A DNA stretch of 64,000 bases from Sulfolobales archaeon (GTDB lineage Archaea > Thermoproteota > Thermoprotei_A > Sulfolobales > NBVN01), in contig JAWBJE010000003.1 in the NCBI GenBank assembly GCA_038832865.1, positions 30,775 through 94,774 of the forward strand. The letters run 5' to 3'. Shown here piece after piece: positions 41,549-51,597 of this stretch. The notes beneath the pieces were generated by a model, which made no database searches, was not told the origin of the DNA, and saw nothing but the letters and a program-made list of their open reading frames with translations. Every line of letters begins with the position of its first letter. Position 1 is the first letter of the stretch. Both the position numbers and the translations under genes were made by a program.

Positions 41549-42366
41549 TATATGGCGTTCCCTATGATGATGAACGCTACAATTAGCATGTGAGACGTGC
41601 TTTGCGCGTCCATGGACGCTATACCTAAACCGAGCCGCCCTACTAGAACCTCGTACTCGGCTGCAGACCTCTGACCAACAAGCATCCCCACGGCCTGCTT
41701 AGCGCCCACAAACGGCTCTATAGAGGGAGCTATGACACTAAGAGCCACAAACAAAAGGGGTGCTCCATAAGGTGTATGCCACTGCCTGATGTAGTAAGAG
41801 AACACGTCAGTACCAGACGAAACTATGATCACTAGGTCGAAGTCTGTTGCCTTATCTACTTCTCTCATCAGTGGAAGGTCTTCTAATCTGTTGCCGTAGT
41901 TGTCGACGCTAATCGTACCCTTAATGCTCTTAGCTAGAGAAGCCGACGCCGCCTCTCCGCCAGCTATGTAGCCAAGATATACGTAGTCCTTACCGTACTC
42001 TTTGCCTTCAAACAGGTCTGGAGCCATAGATTTGAAGAGGGAGAAAGCTACTACACCGAAAGCCCCTAGTGAGCCGTAAACTATCTTGCACCCCTTGTCG
42101 AAGAGGTGCTTTGTTAAGGCTATCAGGTTCGGTTCCAGCTCTCCTCTGGCAGCAACCTCGTAGTATACCTCTATGTACACATGACAGCCTGGACGCAAGT
42201 TCTTTTCGATATAGTTGTACGCGTCTCGAGTTCTCTGGGAGATCTCGATTGGGATCCCAAGGGGGTGTAGTATCGGTAGGATAACTGAAAGTAGTAGGAG
42301 AGTGTAGAGGAGTTCTTTAGACCCCAAGACCTTTTCCAAAGAACTTAACCCGCTCATTTTACTCAC
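41506..42366 (-). CDS. membrane-anchored protein with a large extramembrane domain, unknown function (operon gene 3)
   Basis: N-terminal TM helix, a soluble domain of about 200 aa, and a C-terminal TM helix. Same architecture as gene 1 of the operon. Confidence 0.55.
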   Translation of the reverse strand: MSKMSGLSSLEKVLGSKELLYTLLLLSVILPILHPLGIPIEISQRTRDAYNYIEKNLRPGCHVYIEVYYEVAARGELEPNLIALTKHLFDKGCKIVYGSLGAFGVVAFSLFKSMAPDLFEGKEYGKDYVYLGYIAGGEAASASLAKSIKGTISVDNYGNRLEDLPLMREVDKATDFDLVIIVSSGTDVFSYYIRQWHTPYGAPLLFVALSVIAPSIEPFVGAKQAVGMLVGQRSAAEYEVLVGRLGLGIASMDAQSTSHMLIVAFIIIGNAIYWGKRVSSKKGGSK

Positions 42367-43048
42367 ACCTCCCCATCCAGCTTACCTCCCTCCATGTTAG
42401 CAACCTCAGGCCTAAGATTATGGTTCCTAGACCGGCACCTATCGTAATCGGCCTGAAGGCGGCAGTGTTTGGAACAGTCATTATCCAGTCTCTCAGGGGC
42501 AAGAAGCCCGGCCAGATTAGCCCACCAATAGTGGTGTTTCCGAAGATCACGATGAGCGCAGTAACGAGGAGCAGTAAGGCCATCGGGTTTCTAACCCTAA
42601 ACGCTCTATACGAGGCCGAAGCTATGTAGAACACTAGTATTGAGTACATAGCGGCGTCTGCTGGCGCGTAGATGTTTAGGTATAGCCATCTAAACTGAGG
42701 CTGCGTAGTTATCGTAATACCCGCCTTGGGGTCAACGTAGCTCAGGAACCAGCCGTGTAAAGCGAAGAGTACCATAACCACTAGTAGCCCTATAGTTACC
42801 GCACTAAATGGTGCCTGCTTTAGTCCTTCCCTCCTCAACCTCAGCAAGTGGAACCTTAGTATATCGATACCTCCGACTATCAGCGCGAAGCTCGTGATTA
42901 TTACGGCCCAGTCGCTCAGGGCCTTATCGGCCGTAGCGAAAGACCCTGCCACATCTTTATTGATGTAGAGGTAGTAGAAAGCTACGGTCAGTACGATTAT
43001 GACGGTGACGATGAGCTGAGGGATATGTCTTCTAACGACTAAACTCAT
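42359..43048 (-). CDS. polytopic membrane protein, unknown function (operon gene 2)
   Basis: 229-codon ORF with about six TM helices. Overlaps the downstream gene by 8 nt. Confidence 0.55.
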   Translation of the reverse strand: MSLVVRRHIPQLIVTVIIVLTVAFYYLYINKDVAGSFATADKALSDWAVIITSFALIVGGIDILRFHLLRLRREGLKQAPFSAVTIGLLVVMVLFALHGWFLSYVDPKAGITITTQPQFRWLYLNIYAPADAAMYSILVFYIASASYRAFRVRNPMALLLLVTALIVIFGNTTIGGLIWPGFLPLRDWIMTVPNTAAFRPITIGAGLGTIILGLRLLTWREVSWMGRCE

Positions 43049-43052
43049 GTTC

Positions 43053-43946
43053 TCACCCCACCTTCCATACCCAGTTGAGAGAATCTACTAGCTTGAAGCC
43101 TCCTAAGAGTAAGAGTATCCCTAGGATAATCAATATTATCGATAAGAGCTTACCTACGTCCTGCCCCCTTATCGAGGCTAGCGTTTCCCGATCTCCTGAA
43201 GCCAGTGCTCCGGCAGCAAATATTTCCTCTCCTATGAACGAATAGTCTGCTACCAGAACGAAGAACGGGATCTGGGTTTCTCTAGCTGTTCCAGCTATCT
43301 GGAAGGCGTTGACCATGTTTCCTGCCTCCATGAATATTAGAGACTCAGCATAGAAGGGGCCTACAACAATGTTTGCTCCTACGTTTTCTCTGATAAGTGT
43401 CGCTTGTACTGCTGAGGCATAAGCGAACTGCTGGTCTGTTAAGTACCTCACGTTGTAAGTGGGGTCGTACAGCTCCGGTCTACCTGAGGAGTAATAACCC
43501 TCCCTGACGATCTCCTCCGTTGTAGCTATTGCCTCGGGTACACCTAGGGTAGCGATCAACTTTGCTCCATACTTACCGCACAGCCTAGCAACATGCGATA
43601 GCACTCCGAGTCCGGCAATAAACTGAGGCGCCATAGCAGACGATATTGTTCCAAAGCCGAACGTCATGTGCACTGGTCTACCCATCTCGACCGATCTAGC
43701 TACTGCCTCCTCAATGGCGTCGAAAGCAGGTATCTTCCTCACGGGGAACTCTTTACCAGACCTGGCTTCGTTCATGAAGACGTAGCCCGCTACCAGTAAG
43801 ACAAGGAGTATTACGAAGGCTGAGAGAGGAGCACGCGTTGAGTAGAGCTGGACACCCAACAACCAGCTGACACCGGACACAATACATACAAGTAGTAGAA
43901 TTGCTACAGCTAGTAGCACACCTAAAGGTATCTTCAGATATGTCAC
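43053..43946 (-). CDS. membrane-anchored protein with a large extramembrane domain, unknown function (operon gene 1)
   Basis: Two N-terminal TM helices, a soluble domain of about 200 aa, and a C-terminal TM helix. 4-nt gap to gene 2. Confidence 0.55.
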   Translation of the reverse strand: MTYLKIPLGVLLAVAILLLVCIVSGVSWLLGVQLYSTRAPLSAFVILLVLLVAGYVFMNEARSGKEFPVRKIPAFDAIEEAVARSVEMGRPVHMTFGFGTISSAMAPQFIAGLGVLSHVARLCGKYGAKLIATLGVPEAIATTEEIVREGYYSSGRPELYDPTYNVRYLTDQQFAYASAVQATLIRENVGANIVVGPFYAESLIFMEAGNMVNAFQIAGTARETQIPFFVLVADYSFIGEEIFAAGALASGDRETLASIRGQDVGKLLSIILIILGILLLLGGFKLVDSLNWVWKVG

Positions 43947-44227
43947 TCATTACAGATTTACGAACAAAGGTTTAAATACTTTAGGCAATCTAAGCCCCTG
44001 AGTACGTTAGAGAGCACGTTTTCCACGGTAGTCAGAGAGGCCGTCTCCGATCATCCAGCTTCGGGAGTTGGCCGGTCGCATTCATGTAGCTCCTGGTGAT
44101 ACTCGCGACAACGAGTGAACTCCAACGACCTAGCCTTACTCCCGCCCCCTATCTTATATGACGTCTCGCTAGAGTTTCACGGGAGTTCGTATAAACCACC
44201 TAAACAACCGACAGTTGAAGTGAGATC

Positions 44228-44755
44228 GTGAACAAAAGGTCTGTGATGCTGGTCTCGGCGGTTACACTAACTCTAGTAGCTTTGCTGGCTACAGGTGCCG
44301 CACTAGTTCACGCTAGAAATGCTAGCGAAAGAGGGTTTTTCGGAGGACCGTGCGTAGGCGTGTTTAGCGGAATTAAGCCCCAGGTGAACGCTGACCCAAC
44401 TAGTAAACTAGCCAACCCGTTCAGGACGGGGTTACTATATGAGAGAATAAAGCTCGCGAAAGTTCTTGGACCGAGAGTTGAGGTTAGTGAGGAGTACAAA
44501 GAGAAAGTTCTCAAGATAGCTACGGGAGACGCTGACGTATCTAAATTCCTCGAGGATGGCTACAACATAACGGGCATAAGACCCGTCATTAAGGCATACG
44601 TTGAGGCTGATGGCTCGGTTAGTCTCAGAGCTGATGAAGCTCTAGTAATACTGCGAAAAGAGAATGGCATCGCAGTAGCTCTAATAAATTTAAAGGAGGA
44701 AAGAGTAACTAAAATAGTAGTCTGCTCCTTCTCAGTGAACGTAATAGAGAAGTAA
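44228..44755 (+). CDS. secreted or membrane-anchored hypothetical protein
   Basis: N-terminal signal/anchor sequence MNKRSVMLVSAVTLTLVALLATGAALVHA. No recognisable domain. Confidence 0.5.
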   Translation: MNKRSVMLVSAVTLTLVALLATGAALVHARNASERGFFGGPCVGVFSGIKPQVNADPTSKLANPFRTGLLYERIKLAKVLGPRVEVSEEYKEKVLKIATGDADVSKFLEDGYNITGIRPVIKAYVEADGSVSLRADEALVILRKENGIAVALINLKEERVTKIVVCSFSVNVIEK

Positions 44756-44770
44756 ATAAAGTAAGTCATT

Positions 44771-44807
44771 CTCTTTTTACTCTTTTTATTTAATTTTTAT
44801 TTTTATA
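44771..44807 (+). terminator. oligo-T terminator tract, which also serves as the AT-rich promoter region of the next gene
   Basis: CTCTTTTTACTCTTTTTATTTAATTTTTATTTTTATA lies 16 nt after the stop at 44755. Archaeal termination uses T-runs. The TTTTTATA box lies about 70 nt before the GTG at 44875. Confidence 0.5.
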
Positions 44808-44874
44808 CACTTTTGCCCGCATTCATAATGTCATACATCATACAAAATCACAGTACGTAAATAGGCATACGGTA

Positions 44875-45810
44875 GTGAGCATATTATACGAACTAGCATG
44901 TTGCACTATGGCTATGTATGTAGTACGACCCTTCGACCCCTGGAGGTCCCCCCTGTGTACATGTCCCACCAAGTACGTACTTCACCCCTACACCGGGTGC
45001 GGGCATAGATGTCTATACTGCTACGCTAGTAGCTACATACGCGACTTCTTTAACCCGCGACCTAAGAAGGACTTAAGAAGTAAGCTAATCAAAGACCTAA
45101 AGCTCATTTCTCCAGGCAACATAATCGAGGTTTCCACGAGCAGTGACCCCTATACACCACCGGAGGAGAGCTTATCGATTACTCGAGAAGCTATATTTGA
45201 GATACTGAAGCAAGGCTACAAACTGCTTATAACAACTAAGAGCACACTAGTCCTTAGAGACCTAGACCTACTATTAAGGTATAAGGATAGAGTAGCTGTA
45301 GCTATCACTATTACTACCTTGGACAACAGAATAGCTTCTGTTCTCGAGCCAGGTGCCCCTAGAGTAACGGAAAGACTTAAGGTAGTAAAACTGTTAAGTA
45401 AGTCTGGAATACCTACTCTGGTTAGAATAGACCCGATAGTGCCTTACGTTAACGACGATTTCACAGGAATAGTCAAGTTGGTAGAGCGTGTAGCGGAAGC
45501 GGGCGCCATCCAAATTACCAGCTCAACCTATAAGGCTAGACCCGACAGCCTAAAGAGGCTACTAAAAGCCTTTCCAGAGATTTCATCGCTGCTGTTAGAA
45601 GCCTACAAAACTGGAGACAAGATAGGGGGCTACATGTATTTGAGAAGCGAAGACCGTCTCGAGTACATGAAGAAAGTGAGGGACGCCGCTACAGGTGCTG
45701 GCTTGGCGTTTAATACGTGTAGGGAGGGGTTTCCTGAGCTAGCTACGAAGGATTTTAGTTGTGATGGTTCTTCACTAATAGGTAGATATAGGTCGGTCGT
45801 TAAAACCTAG
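44875..45810 (+). CDS. radical SAM protein of the SplB/'DNA repair photolyase' type (paralog of 22257..23129)
   Basis: HPYTGCGHRCLYCYAS cluster motif. Collinear similarity with the other paralog (STSSDPYTPPE vs STITDPYQPVE; LEPGAP in both). Confidence 0.7.
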   Translation: MSILYELACCTMAMYVVRPFDPWRSPLCTCPTKYVLHPYTGCGHRCLYCYASSYIRDFFNPRPKKDLRSKLIKDLKLISPGNIIEVSTSSDPYTPPEESLSITREAIFEILKQGYKLLITTKSTLVLRDLDLLLRYKDRVAVAITITTLDNRIASVLEPGAPRVTERLKVVKLLSKSGIPTLVRIDPIVPYVNDDFTGIVKLVERVAEAGAIQITSSTYKARPDSLKRLLKAFPEISSLLLEAYKTGDKIGGYMYLRSEDRLEYMKKVRDAATGAGLAFNTCREGFPELATKDFSCDGSSLIGRYRSVVKT

Positions 45811-46287
45811 CGCCGCTCTATACTCCTTACTTAGACTCTCAAGCTTCTTCAATACTTCGGGGTCTCTCTCTACAATCTCGTTTACCAAACTGAGGTACCT
45901 CGCAGCTCTCACAGCGTTTGGGGACACTCTAACGAGCTCTTTTCCGTTTACTACTACGAAGTGTTCTTTATTTACCTTCTCACCAAGTATGTACTCTGCC
46001 TCGTTAGCACTCGCATGTAGTGTGAAGCAGTGTGGACTTCCATCTATAGTTACTATGGTGATCCTCCTCGGCTTTGATGATCTAATTATGCTCGCTATCT
46101 TACCATAGTGAGTCGGGCTCTCACGCTCGGGGCAGGCCAGCAGTACTGTTCTACCTTGCGATAGTTGCGTAAATAGCTTCGGGTTAACCACGGGCAGACA
46201 CGCTGAAACTATTAAGATATCTGAGTTCTCTAGTACTGGTGCTTTAACCCAGGTGCTCCACAACCAAGAACAAGAACCGCAATCCAT
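45775..46287 (-). CDS. cysteine-containing hypothetical protein translationally coupled to thiC
   Basis: The ATG at 46287 lies 1 nt after the thiC stop (46289-46291). Begins MDCGSCSWLW, followed by LLACPERESP and DGSPHC motifs. No family recognised. Confidence 0.45.
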   Translation of the reverse strand: MDCGSCSWLWSTWVKAPVLENSDILIVSACLPVVNPKLFTQLSQGRTVLLACPERESPTHYGKIASIIRSSKPRRITIVTIDGSPHCFTLHASANEAEYILGEKVNKEHFVVVNGKELVRVSPNAVRAARYLSLVNEIVERDPEVLKKLESLSKEYRAALGFNDRPISTY

Positions 46288-46288
46288 G

Positions 46289-47629
46289 CTACCACGCCAA
46301 GCTACCACCTTCGCCGTACTTCTCCAGCAGCTCATCCTTATTTAGCCGTCTCCCACTTAAGTATTTCGATAACAGTATGAAGACGCAGTACTGTCCACAC
46401 ATAGTGCAAGAACTTAGATCTTGCTGAAACTGCGTTTTCAGCTTCATGGCTCTCTCTGGGTCGTAGGACCTAGACAACTGATAGTCCCAGTCTAGAGAAG
46501 CCCTCCTAATACTCATTTCTACGTCTTCGTAAGCTACCCTCTTGCCCAGCTTTACTAAGTCACCAGCATGAGCAGCTATTCTAGCCGCTATCAGACCCTC
46601 CTTCACCTGCTCTACCCCCGGAAGCCCTAGGTGCTCTGACGGCGTGAGATAGCATATGAGGTCTGCGCCTGCGGCAGCAGCTATAGCGGCTCCTATAGCT
46701 GAAGCTATGTGGTCGTACCCGACGGCGATATCCGTAACTAGCGGACCGAGCACGTAGTATGGTACACCACCGCTGAGAGACTTCATTAGCCTTACGTCTG
46801 CTACTACTTTATCTAGAGTCATGTGCCCTGGTCCCTCTATCATTACCTGAATTCCTCTACTCACAGCATCCCTAGCCAGCCTAGAGTTGTTCAGTAGCTC
46901 CTCTATCTGTAGCTCGTCGTGAGCGTCAGCCGTCGCTCCAGGCCTTAAAGCGTCGCCTAGGCTTATCACAGCATCGTACTCCTTAAACAGCTCTAACAAA
47001 TAATCCCAATGCTTTAGGTACGGGTTCTCTTCTCCATTCTCTATCATCCAAACAGCTAACATACTCCCACCCCTACTGACTATCGGGGCGATCCTTCGGC
47101 TCCTTACGGACTTCCTAGCTAGCTCTAGGGTAATCCCAGCGTGTATAGTCATAAAGTCCACTCCATCCTTAAGGTGTCTCTCTACAACCGTTAGAAACCA
47201 CTCCGATGGTATGTTAATACCTCCATATTTTTTGACGCCCTCGATCCAAGCCTGATACGTAGGTACGGTACCAAAAGGTATTCCACTGGAGGCCTCCAGC
47301 AGCCTCGCTCTAATCTCATCCAGGTTACCGCCGGTGCTTAAGTCCATTATCGTATCTGCCCCGTGTTTTACCGCTATCCTCGCTTTCTCTACTTCTAAAT
47401 CAACATTAACTATCGTACCGCTCGTTCCCACATTCACGTTCACCTTAGTCCTCAACCCCTCTCCAACTGCCGTAGGTCTCACTTTGGGTCTCTTAGTGTT
47501 TCTTACGACAATCACTCTACCCAGACTTACCCTCCGCCTAAGGGTCTCATAGTCTACGCCCTCCGCCTTAGCTATGACGGCTAACTCATCTACATTGCCA
47601 TTACGTCTCGCTTCAGTTATCACACCCAA
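46289..47629 (-). CDS. thiC: phosphomethylpyrimidine synthase ThiC
   Basis: About 445 aa with IMDLSTGG and TIHAG segments, and the C-terminal CTMCGQYCV (CxxCxxxxC) Fe-S motif. Confidence 0.9.
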   Translation of the reverse strand: MGVITEARRNGNVDELAVIAKAEGVDYETLRRRVSLGRVIVVRNTKRPKVRPTAVGEGLRTKVNVNVGTSGTIVNVDLEVEKARIAVKHGADTIMDLSTGGNLDEIRARLLEASSGIPFGTVPTYQAWIEGVKKYGGINIPSEWFLTVVERHLKDGVDFMTIHAGITLELARKSVRSRRIAPIVSRGGSMLAVWMIENGEENPYLKHWDYLLELFKEYDAVISLGDALRPGATADAHDELQIEELLNNSRLARDAVSRGIQVMIEGPGHMTLDKVVADVRLMKSLSGGVPYYVLGPLVTDIAVGYDHIASAIGAAIAAAAGADLICYLTPSEHLGLPGVEQVKEGLIAARIAAHAGDLVKLGKRVAYEDVEMSIRRASLDWDYQLSRSYDPERAMKLKTQFQQDLSSCTMCGQYCVFILLSKYLSGRRLNKDELLEKYGEGGSLAW

Positions 47630-47751
47630 GGTTTCAACCGTGATACATTCTATGAGCTACCTTATATATGACTTGATTCTAGGACGTTTAGAACCAGGTT
47701 ATAGAGATAGGCTGATGCTGTAATACGTAGCTTATTTAGCTGTGTGAAGCA

Positions 47752-48708
47752 GTGCAATCATTGGGACGTAGGTTGTTGCCAGGACTCGAGAAGTACTTAA
47801 GTGATGAGCTCTTCGGCTACGCTATGTTGGTTGCGGGACCCCAATACCCTCATACCTGTTCCTCATTTGAATACCCTGCCAGGTATATCATATCTATTAG
47901 AGAGAACTCCAACGCATCTCTACTCTTCCTAGTTTTAAGGGGAAGGGATAGAGCTGAAGATATCAGCTGGAGAGTCTATATCAATGGAGTAAAAGTATCG
48001 AGAGTCTTCAAGCCGCAACACTTCCTCGAGATACGTGGTGACCTATATTACGCTTATGTCGCCGACGTCTCACCCGTCGTTAAAGACGCTAATACCATCG
48101 AGATATTAGTGAAGTGTCACGCGAAAGACACCCGCATAGAGTCAACAGGTTTAGTGGCTCTCCTCCCCGGCGAAACCAAAAGCAGGGTGAGTGCTTACTT
48201 AGGCGTATCGAGGGTCGAGGGGGGATATAGCCTTCAGGTGGGAGAGCGTGGTTTCGCTATCATCAGTATAGTTGGTCGTGGAAACGGCGGGACTATTGCT
48301 ATAGGTGGTACGTCGAAGAAGATTAATAACTCGTTCGAGATATCGGAACTGCTCCCAGACAACAGAGTAAGCATCTCAGGACCGATCAACGTGTACGCCA
48401 TGGTTGTGAACGTATACACCGGTAGACCACCAGATGTCTCTATATCCAGCATCTTAGCAGAGCAGGGCAAATTCAGGTTGACGCTAACTAATTCGGGTGA
48501 CTACGTGGCCAGCAACATCGAGCTAAAGTTCCTGCGTGGTGCACAAGCAGTTCAAAGGTTAACTATAAAGCGAATAGGACCTAAGGAGAGTAGTGAAATA
48601 GAGCTAAGTAGTCCAGTAGCTAGAGCTACAGCAATAAAAATCACATACGAGTTTTCCGGACATACATTCACACGAATAATTCAGTTAGGTCAGTCGCGGA
48701 CTAGCTAG
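47752..48708 (+). CDS. hypothetical protein
   Basis: 318-codon ORF with coding-like composition, beta-rich. No motif recognised. Confidence 0.45.
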   Translation: MQSLGRRLLPGLEKYLSDELFGYAMLVAGPQYPHTCSSFEYPARYIISIRENSNASLLFLVLRGRDRAEDISWRVYINGVKVSRVFKPQHFLEIRGDLYYAYVADVSPVVKDANTIEILVKCHAKDTRIESTGLVALLPGETKSRVSAYLGVSRVEGGYSLQVGERGFAIISIVGRGNGGTIAIGGTSKKINNSFEISELLPDNRVSISGPINVYAMVVNVYTGRPPDVSISSILAEQGKFRLTLTNSGDYVASNIELKFLRGAQAVQRLTIKRIGPKESSEIELSSPVARATAIKITYEFSGHTFTRIIQLGQSRTS

Positions 48709-48893
48709 CACACGCCTCCAAATCTCATGAGCTCTTCACTTCCATATACCCTGAGATAAAATCAACAACGTCGATTCCATTAGCACCCTCAGGTATCCGC
48801 ATTGTAGCTCGCGAGGTGCGTTCTATCTAGTCGGAGGATTTAGACCAGCAGCTGTAGTTACTAGGACGAAGAACTCCTGAGAATGACTGTAAA

Positions 48894-48970
48894 TGGTGGA
48901 CCGGCCGGGATTCGAACCCGGGACCTCTCGGATGCCAACCGAGCGCTCTTCCAGGCTGAGCTACCGGCCC
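48894..48970 (-). tRNA. tRNA-Ala (anticodon GGC), CCA encoded
   Basis: Reverse complement reads GGGCCGGTAGCTCAGCCTGGAAGAGCGCTCGGTTGGCATCCGAGAGGTCCCGGGTTCGAATCCCGGCCGGTCCACCA. G3:U70 alanine identity pair. Anticodon loop is TTGGCAT. Confidence 0.92.
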
Positions 48971-49025
48971 CCTTTTACACATTTAATATATCTGGTTTTA
49001 AGCTTTTAAGTATTGGAGGCCCGAT

Positions 49026-49550
49026 GTGTCGATAAAGCTAACTTATAGCGCGCTAAGGAAGAAGGACTCTAAGCAACTGATTGAGAAGTTTTGTAGAATG
49101 TACCCCAAAGTCTGTCTAAGTATCGGAGCGAGCCCTTCATCACTAGTTTACGTAGCCGTATTCGATGGTGAAGTAGTTTACGTAGTTGATGGTGTTCCAG
49201 CTGTCTTTAAAAGTGGGGAAATACTGGCTCCAACACTCGTTTCCGCTAGGATGGCCGGAATCGAGGCGTCTCACTATGCCGTCGTAGACGAAGGAGCCGT
49301 GAAGCCAATACTAAACGGGGCAGACGTCATGGCTCCAGGCATACTAAGAGTTAGCGACTTTAGTGTTGGTGCGATCGTAGTTGTTTGGTCTAAAGACGAA
49401 AGAACGCCTCTTGCTGTAACTCAGGCGCTAATGAGCTCCGGTGAGGTGGTGTCTAAGCGGAGGGGTAAGGCCTTAAAGAACTTGCACTACGCAGGTGACG
49501 ACATATGGAAAGCCTCTCTTGAAGTATTAAAGAAGTTTGGGAAAGTCTGA
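49026..49550 (+). CDS. PUA-domain RNA-binding protein (MCT-1/Tma20-like)
   Basis: C-terminal AVVDEGAVKPILNGADVMAPGI...VVVW is a PUA-domain pattern. About 174 aa. Confidence 0.7.
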   Translation: MSIKLTYSALRKKDSKQLIEKFCRMYPKVCLSIGASPSSLVYVAVFDGEVVYVVDGVPAVFKSGEILAPTLVSARMAGIEASHYAVVDEGAVKPILNGADVMAPGILRVSDFSVGAIVVVWSKDERTPLAVTQALMSSGEVVSKRRGKALKNLHYAGDDIWKASLEVLKKFGKV

Positions 49551-49599
49551 CCTCCTCCCCGCCCTAAAGGACGGGGCTTTCGGGTTATAACCTTCGATT

Positions 49600-49612
49600 A
49601 AGGTTTATAAGC
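49600..49612 (+). promoter_or_regulatory. TATA box of the Sm/L37e operon
   Basis: AAGGTTTATAAGC is centred about 34 nt upstream of the ATG at 49641. Confidence 0.45.
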
Positions 49613-49640
49613 TTTATCATACGGTTTTGGAGGGTCTGCT

Positions 49641-49868
49641 ATGAGCGATGCTGCTCAGCGCTTACTGGGTGAGAACTTAGGTCAAGACGTGCTAGTAAAG
49701 CTGAGGTCGAGCGAGTTAGTTAGAGGAAAGCTTAAGGGCTTCGACCAGCACTTGAATATCGTACTAGAGGATGCTTACGAGCTAGTAGAGAACAAGCCTA
49801 GAAGACTAGGTACGGTAGTAATAAGAGGAGAAAACATAGTGATGATATCTCCAGCAACCACCGGGTGA
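49641..49868 (+). CDS. Sm-like (LSm) archaeal protein
   Basis: Sm1/Sm2 motifs ([29 protein letters not shown]...[11 protein letters not shown]). 75 aa. Confidence 0.9.
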   Translation: MSDAAQRLLGENLGQDVLVKLRSSELVRGKLKGFDQHLNIVLEDAYELVENKPRRLGTVVIRGENIVMISPATTG

Positions 49869-49872
49869 GAAC

Positions 49873-50058
49873 GTGAAGGGCACTCCTTCGATGGGTAAGA
49901 GAAGCAAGGGGAAAACTCACATAAGGTGTAGAAGATGTGGGAGACACTCGTATAACGTAGCTAAAGGTTACTGCGCTGCCTGTGGTTTTGGGAGGAGTAG
50001 GAGGCTTAGGAGGTACTCATGGGCATCCAAGAAAGTAAACAGAGTTAGAATTAGATAG
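49873..50058 (+). CDS. rpl37e: 50S ribosomal protein L37e
   Basis: KGTPSMGKR...[22 protein letters not shown] zinc ribbon. Follows the Sm gene, as in the conserved Sm-L37e operon. Confidence 0.9.
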   Translation: MKGTPSMGKRSKGKTHIRCRRCGRHSYNVAKGYCAACGFGRSRRLRRYSWASKKVNRVRIR

Positions 50059-50070
50059 TGGTATACTGAA

Positions 50071-50328
50071 ATGCCCCTCAAAAAGATAGTTCTTGACGTA
50101 CTAAAGACTATAAAAGGCACATCTCTAGTAGAACTTGCCGAGATGATTGTTAGACTAAATGGTGTAAGCAGAATATCGATTAACGTGAGTGAAGTAGATG
50201 TGGAGACCATAACTCTCAACGTTACTATCGAGGGTAACAGCATAGATTTTTCTGAAGTAAGAGATGTCATAGAGAAAGCCGGGGGCGTTATCCACAGCAT
50301 AGATTACGTTATAGCTGAGAAAGATTAA
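50071..50328 (+). CDS. DUF211 family protein
   Basis: About 85 aa with the KKIVLDVLK...SINVSEVDVETITLNVTIEG pattern, typical of archaeal DUF211. Confidence 0.65.
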   Translation: MPLKKIVLDVLKTIKGTSLVELAEMIVRLNGVSRISINVSEVDVETITLNVTIEGNSIDFSEVRDVIEKAGGVIHSIDYVIAEKD

Positions 50329-50350
50329 ATAAAACTAAACCGACTGTAGA

Positions 50351-51490
50351 ATGGTGCTTGGAGAGCTAGCTCTAATATTACTCTGTGTCGCACTATCTCA
50401 CGTAGCTTCTCTACCTCTCCTACTGCTTAAGCTACCTCCGATACCAGCCTATATAGCTGTTGGCATTTTGTTGCGGTCTACTCTTTCCGACACCCCCGGA
50501 ATAGTCTGGGAGAACTTAGTCAGCTTTTCACTAGTTTTCGTAGGTCTCCACGCTGGACTCTCATCTAAGATCAGGCGGGACAACATAAAGAGAATTGCGC
50601 TAGCATCTTTAGTCAACGTCGGTGTCTCTGCGGCAACTGTTTACATGCTCTTAGTTCTCCTAACAGGCGACTTCATTAAGAGCTTTTTAATGAGTATACT
50701 GCTAGCTAATACCGCTACCGAGGGGGTATTAAGCTTGTCTAGGTACACTAAGCATAAGAGCGACACAGAGGTCGCTTTAGAGATATCGATCGGAGACGAT
50801 ATCGCAGTACTCTTGCTATCCACTGCAGTTCTAGCGCTCATGGGTACCCAGCAGACTTACGGGATACTAGTCTCTGCCGCAGTTATAGCAGGTGTCATAA
50901 CGTTCCTCAGCGTGTTTTTAAGGAAGAATGTTGATCGTGCTATACTTAACACTGTATCCATAGCAATCCTCTTCATTCTTGTCGCTTTAACAGCAGATAA
51001 TATCGGACCGCTAGTGGGGGGATACATAGTTGGCATATCACTAAGCTCAGCAGCATCTTCAGGTGACCCGCTTTTAAAAGTAGCTAGAAACGTTGAAGCC
51101 TTAGTTGATGGACTGGAACACGTCAACAGCTTAGTGTTTCTACCCTTAGTGTTTACGTACATAGGGCTAGGAGTTAGCATATCTGGGGCTAGCACACAGC
51201 TAGTTTGGTTAGGCTTACTCGGGGCTGTAATAGGGAAACACGCAGCTACATTATTATTAAAGAAAATGAATCTCGTGACCCCTCTTAGCGTTCGTGAAGT
51301 AGCAGCACTAATTACGGTCAGGGGCTCTCTAGAGTCAGCAATAGCTTTAACAGCACTAAAATCTAACTTATTTACAGCTGAAGAATTTACGGCATTAATC
51401 ATAATATCTTTCTCAACCTACCCTATTTCAACGGCACTAATAGCACTTAGCAGAAGGTCTGTTTCTAAAGCGTTTCAAGTGCTTACCTAG
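50351..51490 (+). CDS. cation:proton antiporter (Na+/H+ exchanger family) membrane protein
   Basis: About 380 aa, with 10-12 hydrophobic helices and a CPA-like N-terminal helix pattern. Confidence 0.65.
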   Translation: MVLGELALILLCVALSHVASLPLLLLKLPPIPAYIAVGILLRSTLSDTPGIVWENLVSFSLVFVGLHAGLSSKIRRDNIKRIALASLVNVGVSAATVYMLLVLLTGDFIKSFLMSILLANTATEGVLSLSRYTKHKSDTEVALEISIGDDIAVLLLSTAVLALMGTQQTYGILVSAAVIAGVITFLSVFLRKNVDRAILNTVSIAILFILVALTADNIGPLVGGYIVGISLSSAASSGDPLLKVARNVEALVDGLEHVNSLVFLPLVFTYIGLGVSISGASTQLVWLGLLGAVIGKHAATLLLKKMNLVTPLSVREVAALITVRGSLESAIALTALKSNLFTAEEFTALIIISFSTYPISTALIALSRRSVSKAFQVLT

Positions 51491-51597
51491 CCTCTCAAAT
51501 AGAATTTGCGCACATACAGTAAAAGCGGGTCAGCTCCCTCACTCAACCACTCGGTTATTGTGATATAACGTTCTGAAGACTTGGAGAGGGTTCGAGG

